NCBI GenBank assembly: GCA_019828565.1
Contig: JAHDYR010000015.1
Location: forward strand, 861,996-925,995
Source: Carpediemonas membranifera BICM
Lineage: Eukaryota; Protista; Fornicata
Reading direction: 5' to 3'
DNA length: 64,000 bases
The notes beneath the pieces were generated by a model. The model searched no databases. It saw nothing but the letters and a program-made list of their open reading frames with translations, and was not told where the DNA came from. Shown here piece after piece: positions 57,328-64,000 of the stretch. The translations under genes and the position numbers were made by a program. Each line of letters opens with the position of its first letter. Within the stretch, counting starts at the first letter, position 1.

Positions 57328-57898
57328 CCACCTTCCAGGCCCTTGCCAAGCGCCAGGTCGGCCTGCCTGCCTTCAACACCGGCGACCTGCCCCAATGCCC
57401 CATGTGTAGCAAGCCCCACCCTGATACTGAGCATCTGCTCGGCTGCCAGAACCTCCCGAACGGTCTCCGCAAGCGCCGCCACGACGACATGCGCGATGCC
57501 GCTCTCACCCTCCTCCGCCGCGAAGGCGTCCCCGTCCACAAAGAGCAAAACCTCCGGCTCTTCCCGGCTGTCGAGCTTGTCGACGCACCCATCAACCCGA
57601 ACGCCGATATCCCTGCCGACCTGCTCATCACCCCGCCAAACGCCATGCCCACCGTCGTCGACCTGCGCGTCACCAACTACCGGTCGAGTGCGTACTCGGA
57701 CAAGACACGCCATTACCGTGACTACCGCGTGACGGTCCTCCCAGCCATCTCGTCAATCTACGGCGAGACGGCCGTTACGAAGACCAGCGGCGCGAAGAAG
57801 GAGCGCCCCTGCTGGATCGCATCGCTCGCCGGCATCTGCGGCCTGTCCGAAGGCGCGACCGCCACCCTCCGCCGCGATGTCGCCCTCGCCCACTGGAA

Positions 57899-58019
57899 AA
57901 GAGAGACCAGGAGCCAGCATCGCGTGAACAGACAACTGGGAGTCATAGGCGACGACCCCCAACACCTAAGTGGCAGGGAACCAGAGAAGGCATCGGCACA
58001 ATCGTCAGCCCTGTGCCAT
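57899..58019 (+). mobile_element. fragment of a LINE-a-related APE region, interrupted by gypsy C
   Basis: RSQHRVNRQLGV..KWQGTREGIGTIVSP matches LINE-a KSQHRINRQLGI..RWKGTREGIGTIVSP. Confidence 0.75.
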
Positions 58020-61000
58020 TGTTGGCTTGCGCAGGTAGATCTGTTTACATAAACTGCACTGGCTCTCACTTCCCTCCTCAAGGCGAAGCTAGCCAGCTAA
58101 CGGCGGCCATTGCCCCGGAACTTCCGCTTGTAACGTGCGAAGAGGGGCGTGAGACCTGGGTTGAGGCGTAGGTAGTCATCCAGGGCGGCGAGGCGGTCGT
58201 AATATGCGTTATACGGAATGTACGAGTCCTCGGAGTCTTCTAGGCCTTCCCAGTGGACGAGGAGCTCGAGGCGTCGGTTGCGCTCGCGGTGGCCGACGAT
58301 GGCGGAGACTTGTTGTTCGTCTTGTTCGTATGCGGCGATGCGCTCGAGTGTCTTGAGGTCTGCTGTGCCTGGGTCGAAGCGAATGAGGCGGTCCTGGTGG
58401 ACGAGCAGCTCGGACTTGGTGACGAGGTCACGGAGGACGAATGTGTTGGGGCTCTTCCCTTCCCTGAGGAGTTGTAGCGGGCCGCGGACTGGAGGCAGAA
58501 TCTTGGATGGGGCCTTGTGAGGATATCTCAGGAGCACTAGGCGTTCGAGTTTCCAGTCGAAGTTGTCCGCCGGTTGGGTTTGTGCGGCCTTGTGACGCTC
58601 GTATGCGGCGATCTTCGCGCGGGCTGCGTCGTGCATGGCCTGTATGTCGGTGTGGAATGCGTTAATGGCCTGGATGGTAGGTGTGTCTTGCGTCGCCTTG
58701 GCGGCGCTGATGATGCGTGACTCCGGGAGGGCCGTGAGCGCGGACGTGTGTCCGAAAAGCAGCTCGAACGGCGTGAAGCCGGTAGTCGAGTGTGTCGAAG
58801 TGTTGATAATGTGTTGCACGATTGGGATAAGTGCGGGCCAGTCGGTCGTTTCTGAGTCTAGTAGCAGGGCGCGCAGTCTGCGCATGATGGTCCCATTGAC
58901 TCTCTCGACAACGCCGTTACTCTGTGGGTGGTACGCCGTGGAGAACCTGTGGTTCAGGCTGATCTTCTTGTTGAGAGCGGCGATGGTTGAGTTCTTGAAC
59001 TGACTTCCCTGGTCTGTCTGGATCAGGCTGGGTGCGCCGAAGAGCGACCACACCTGGAGCATCGCGTCGGCGGCTTCTTCTGCCGAGGTTGACGCAACCG
59101 GCTTGAGCACAGTGAACTTGCTGAAGACGTCGATGAACACGATCACGTGAGCGAGGCCATTCGTCTTTGGAAGCGGGCCGAGCGTGTCTATCTGCCCCGC
59201 CTCGAATGGGCGGGTCTTCTGGGTCGTATGCCACTGGGCCTTGGCGATGGGGTGGGATTTGAGCTTCTGGCAGACTGGGCAAGTCGCGACGTGCTCCGCG
59301 ACGTCTGAGTTCATGGAAGACCAGGTCTTGCCGGCTTCCTTGAGATGGGCGATCGTTTGTTTGATCGAAGCATGGCCGTTGGCTCCAGCGTGGGCCTGCT
59401 GAATGTCGAAGCGGTGGGTGCTGCTGGCGATTTCGCTGATCGCCGCGCCGCTGGGGCGGGAGAGGGCGTCCGCGACGACGTTAGTTGTCCCTGCGATATG
59501 CATGATGTCGAAGGGGTACTCGGATAGGATGAGTCTCCATCGCGTGAGCTTGCGCGTCCCTTCCTCAGCCTTGCGAATCATCCACACGATGTTCTTGTGA
59601 TCTGTGAGTACGGTGAATGGCTTCAGCTTGAGAATCTGGCTAAACTCTGGCCGGGTGATGCAGTATATGACTGCGTAGAGCTCTTGCTCGACCGTCGCCC
59701 AGCGGCGTTGGGTCTCTGTGAACGTCTTTGAGAAGTACGCGAGGGGTTTCTTCGTGTCGCCCTCGTGTTGCCACAGCACTCCGCCGGCTGCGATTGTGGA
59801 CGCGTCTGTCTCAAGTGTCCACTTGCAGGTCAGGTTGGGTAGTGCCAATGCCTTGTTGTCGGTGCACAGCTCCTTCAGAGCCGCGAATGCCTTGTCGTGT
59901 TCCTCAGTCCAAGGGAGCTTGTCTAGCTTCTTGGGTGACCCCTTGAGGAGGGCGTTGAGGGGGGCTGTGGCTGAGCTGAGTTGCGGGAGGTAGTTTGCGA
60001 GGTGGTTAAACTTGCCCATCGTGCGTCTGAGCTCTGTGACGGTGGTGGGGGCGGGCAGCTCCTTCAGCGCGGCGACGCGGCCTGGGCTCACCGAGCGGCC
60101 GGAGCTGTTGATGATGAATCCGCAGACCTCCACTTCGGCGGCGCCGATGGTACACTTGTCCGCGCGGAGGCGCAGGCGGTTGTCCTTGGCTCTCTGGAGG
60201 GTGAGTCTCAGGGTGTTGAGGAATCCTTCTTCGGTCCGTGCGTAGAGGAATATGTCATCCACGTAGACCCGGTGGCCGGGGATGCCATCTAGCACGGCCT
60301 CCATCGCTCGTTGAAACTTGGAGGGGGCGTTCTTAAGTCCAAACGGGACCCTGAGGAACTCGAATTGGTGCCCGGGGACTACGAACGAGGTAAGGTGGTG
60401 ATGCTGGCCGGCTCCATCAGCTGCTGCCAGTATCCGGACCGGAGATCGAGTGATGCAAAGTAAGAGCATCCGCCGGCTTCGTGGGGCAGGTCCCTCAGAT
60501 CGGGGAGGGGAAAGGCGTCGTCCTTCGTGGCGTCGTTAAGATCGTTGAATGCGACGCAGAAGCGGGGTTCGCCGTTCTTCTTGGTTGCCATCGTGTGGCG
60601 GCTGGCGTGCTCGGACTGGCTGTCTCGTATGATGCCGAGCTTCTTCATCTTCTCGATCTCGGAGAGGGCGGCTGAGCCAGCCTCTCCGACAAGCTGTCGA
60701 GGACGGCACTTGAGGTGAAAATCGCGTGTGAGTTCGATCTTGTGAGGCTGTAGTTTGCTGCCTTCGGGCGGGAGAGCCGGGTCGAACACCTCATCGAACT
60801 CCTCGACGATGCTTCGGACCTTGTTGGCGAACTCGGTGCCGTGGTCGTCCGGGATCGCGACGGCGAGCGAATGCTTCGAGTCCGAGGTTGACGCCGCTTC
60901 GAAGACGTCGGCGTCGATCATGTTGTGCTCTTCTAGATCGTCCTTATCATCCGGCTTCTCGGACGGGAGTATCAGTAGGCGGTCGTTGAGGACGTAGCCG

Positions 61001-64000
61001 ATGTGCCTGAGGAGGTCCTTGCCGATCAGCATCCTGTCGCTGGTGCCTGTGATCATGTGGACGTCCCAGTCGAGCGTGACGGTTTTGCCATCCATGCCAG
61101 GGAGTGTGATGGACATGGTGAAAGAAGAAAGAAATTTATGGTGCTTGGATTCTGACCCCGGACTGAGCTTGTTTCCCGTTGTCTTGGAGCTGAGTGCCCC
61201 GGGGTACTGCCTATTTCCCGTGGCAAACTGGTCAGCAGCGTTTGCCTTGGGCTTTCGGTGCTACTGTCTCCGCGGAAAGCCGATTCCAATCGCCCCAGAG
61301 GCCCTGCGGCCATCTCCGTGCAAATATGCTTTCCTGTCTCCCTGAAAGTCCGGCAACTATCCGGGGAGCCTGGGGGTCTGTCCTCGGGGCATTGACAGGC
61401 ATGATCGTCCTGCAGAACCTTGACTATGACACTCCTTGCTTCCCTGCAGTCCTTGTAGAGCCGTTCAGCCACGGCACCCTCTCGTCTGTCCGGTTCCCCA
61501 ATTCCATGCCCCCTCGACTCTGTTAAGAAGCCTACCCGAAGGCGGGGGAAAGTGACTAAGTCCATGCTGTCTACCCCGGTAAGGTGGCGTGGGTCAGGGC
61601 ATGGGTGGTGTACCCCCAGGCACTAGGCCTGGTTGTCCTGTTACCCCTTACAACATTTCGCTTGCACTACATGTCCTTGGTTTCCCATGTCGTTAACAAG
61701 GGCGGCAGGGGCACCTGTGCCCCTCCGACCCCCGTGGCCAGTCCCTGCAGTTTCCTTGGGGTCCCAACGAGTGGTGCAACCATATGAATATGGATTTCCT
61801 TGACCTTATCCTTGCTCTGTCCTTGTTGCATGTCCTTTCTTTCTTATTTCTGGTCTGTCCTTCCTGTTATTTCCTTGCAGTCGTTCCTTCCCTTGCTTTG
61901 GTTCCTGGCTACCGGGATACGTGGGGCCTTTCCTCACTGATCCCAGGAGCTTAGCACCAGCGAGGGTGGTCCATGGCTGATTCCTTGTCCATCCCTTCCC
62001 GGTCCTGGAGTCAGGGGTTCATGACATGCTTCTATTCCACCTTGAAGCTGTTGTAAACCTTTGCCAGTTCCCGTAGTCCTGCCGTGAGGCCTTCCCAAAT
62101 GTCCTCCGAGCCCCATATTATTAGTTGCTGTAATTCTAGGATGGGTCTTTCCTGGTACCATTCGCCCTGGGGGCCCTGCCTTACTTCCAAGTCCTTAGTT
62201 TTGTGCTTCGCTGCTGTCCACAGCTTTGTCCAAGCTTCTCCCCTGTCTACTGCCGGGCATTCACAGATTATGTGCGCTGCCGATCCTAGCCTCTGGCCCT
62301 CTGCCCACTCCCTGATCATTTCCTGCTTCCTTGCTGGTCCTGGCTTTTTCCCTAATGATCCTGTAGAACAGGCTCACCTCCGACTCCTCCGAGCATAGGG
62401 GGCATAGTCTGCTAATTTCTCTCTTCAGGTCAGCGCCTTGGGCCAGCTCTGTGATGGCTCTCATAGGGCCCTCCCTCTCTCTGCCGACGATGGGGATGGG
62501 CTGACATTGGCTGCAATGGATACAATTCTCTTCCATTCCGCCCTGCTTTTGCCCCTTCCCAGCCTTTCGGTCTACCGTAGGCTTACCTTGCAGACACTTG
62601 CTTAATTTCCTTGTCCCCATGATTTCCATTAGTCCTAGTGCCGTACGGCTTTTGCACCGCTTCATCCACCCCCTCCTGATCGTTTCCATGCCATAATCCA
62701 GTAGCGCTGGTTTAGGGGCTCCCTCTCTGGTGCCCTCCAGTAGATGCTGCACTCTCTCCCTAGCTTCCCACATAACCGTGCCCCGCCCCCATTCTCTGTT
62801 TCTGACTGGTATATCCTGGTCCCTGTAGTTGACTATCCTTTTTGACTGCCAGCCATTCCATGTGTGCCTGGAGGTCCACCCATCCATTCATCAGCCTCAT
62901 GGCTGCGCCCCCTCCCGGTCCTGTTCCTGCCATGATTCCCTGCCAGTCATTCCAGATCCTTCTACCTCCCGGTGCGTTCCCCCACACCTCGACTCCGAAG
63001 AGGATCCTGGGCCATATATATATTTCCAGTAGTAGCCTGCTCGCTAGTGCTGGCATGTTTGCCCTGGTCCACCCTGCCCATCTCACCAGTCTCTTGTACC
63101 TTTCGCTCTGCTCCTGTTTCCGCCTTATGCAGGCCGACATAGGGTCCTTCCCACTTGCGATCCATAATCCCAGGTATCTCGCCTCCTTCTCTGGCAGTAG
63201 TGTTACCCCCTCGATCCTGACTAGGGCTGTTCTGTCCACGCTAATCATTACATTCTTCTGGGCGTTCACCCTCATTTCATGCTCTCTGATTATGTCCACC
63301 ATTATGTTGGCGACCGTGATGGACATGGTGGCGATCTTGCCCACGGAGATAACGCGGTCGTCCGCGGCGAACAGGCGGAGGTCCGACTCGCGCCATTGGA
63401 TGTTTCCTGGTATCTTTGGGGCGAGGTGCTCGGATATGACGCAGACATCTGCGCCAGTGTCGAGCTTGGCTGGAAGTTGGACGGTTCCGGCGACCGTTAC
63501 GGTTGTCTGTATGGGAATGGAGGTCGTTTGGACCTCGCCGACGGCGCCATCGCGTTGGTTCGCTCCGCAGTCCTTGGTTGCATGCTTTGAGTTCCAGCCA
63601 TGCCTGTCACACCAGCGATTGAAAGACTTCGGGATGTAGAAATGCTCCTTGTCCTTAAACTGCTTGAACGGGTCCTGGCCTTCGACCTTGTGGGCCTTCG
63701 GCTTCAGCGGCTGGCCCTCGCGAGCAGAGGTGTCCTTGTTCGAGCACTGACTGTTATCATGCGGTGCCTTATTGTCGGCCGGGATCGGCTTCGTCTTGGT
63801 CGACACGGCATAGGCCTGCCAGGGGACGACGATCTGGCCGAGATGGTCGGTCTCGAGGGTCGAGAGGGCGTCTATGCAGTCGCGGGCGGGACGCCAGTTG
63901 CCGTCCGAATCCCGCTCGATCAGCGCCTCGTATAGCGGGATCGCGTCGTCGTCGTATCCCCTTTGAGGGCGACAGATCGGACCGCAGCGCGGAGGGCGCT
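58020..64000 (-). mobile_element. Ty3/gypsy chromovirus C (5' end beyond the window)
   Basis: PR LDTGA, RT YVDD, RH TDAS, IN TDQG and chromodomain VSAIVGHR..LVHWEG. PPT 58069-79; candidate 3' LTR 58020-58068. Confidence 0.9.
61121..63315 (-). mobile_element. 5'-truncated LINE-a copy; 15-bp TSD GTGATGGACATGGTG
   Basis: Near-identical to 37674-39859; TSD at 61106-20 and 63316-30 within the gypsy C protease. Confidence 0.95.

Larger units (their letters stand above)
30213..57898 (+). mobile_element. second RLE non-LTR fragment (about 30213-30231 plus 57332-57898), split by gypsy B
   Basis: The rejoined frame reads LPPGATFQALAKRQVGLP..CPMC..HLLGC..RHD..PADLLI..VVDLRVT, i.e. a CCHC knuckle plus a restriction-like endonuclease. 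Confidence 0.75.

Noticed and set aside
57285-58052. 255-aa ORF as a single gene
   Set aside because: Chimera of LTR B, the RLE fragment, a LINE APE fragment and LTR C.
30589-63315. Programmed frameshifting as the explanation for split TE ORFs
   Set aside because: Shifts are numerous, often at homopolymers, and differ between near-identical LINE-a copies; decay or sequencing error is more likely.
62760-63806. 348-aa ORF fusing gypsy gag/protease to the LINE RT C-terminus
   Set aside because: Chance in-frame junction of a TSD-flanked, 5'-truncated LINE insertion.

Overview
This is a eukaryotic protist window. Compact genes with mostly 28-36 nt GT..(A)CTCACACAG/ACTAACACAG introns suggest a free-living metamonad (Carpediemonas-like); that assignment is inference. 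Bases 1-29.3 kb are gene-dense: PCI-domain, Sds3-like, coiled-coil, two kinases, GET2-like, LRR receptor, CWC2, FIG4/SAC, RPL22, a secreted repeat protein and three RCC1-like family members. This half also holds a transposase-free 2.4-kb Fanzor (eukaryotic TnpB/Cas12-like) element bounded by a perfect 30-bp direct repeat. One repeat copy sits right after an omegaRNA-like fold, so the predicted guide matches the element's own upstream flank. Bases 29.4-64 kb are a four-deep retrotransposon nest resolved by TSDs. It contains three chromodomain Ty3/gypsy elements with very short LTRs (108, 75 and possibly 49 bp); the two with a visible 5' LTR have a palindrome in place of a tRNA PBS. It also contains APE-RT LINEs with U-rich tails and RLE-type non-LTR fragments. 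One LINE carries an extra Zn-binding DEDDh-type exonuclease (Maelstrom/arenavirus-NP-like) inside ORF1. Both LINE families share a structurally conserved RNA element between ORF1 and ORF2. All protein calls come from motif recognition by eye; no searches were run. Many TE frameshifts fall in homopolymers and may be assembly errors.
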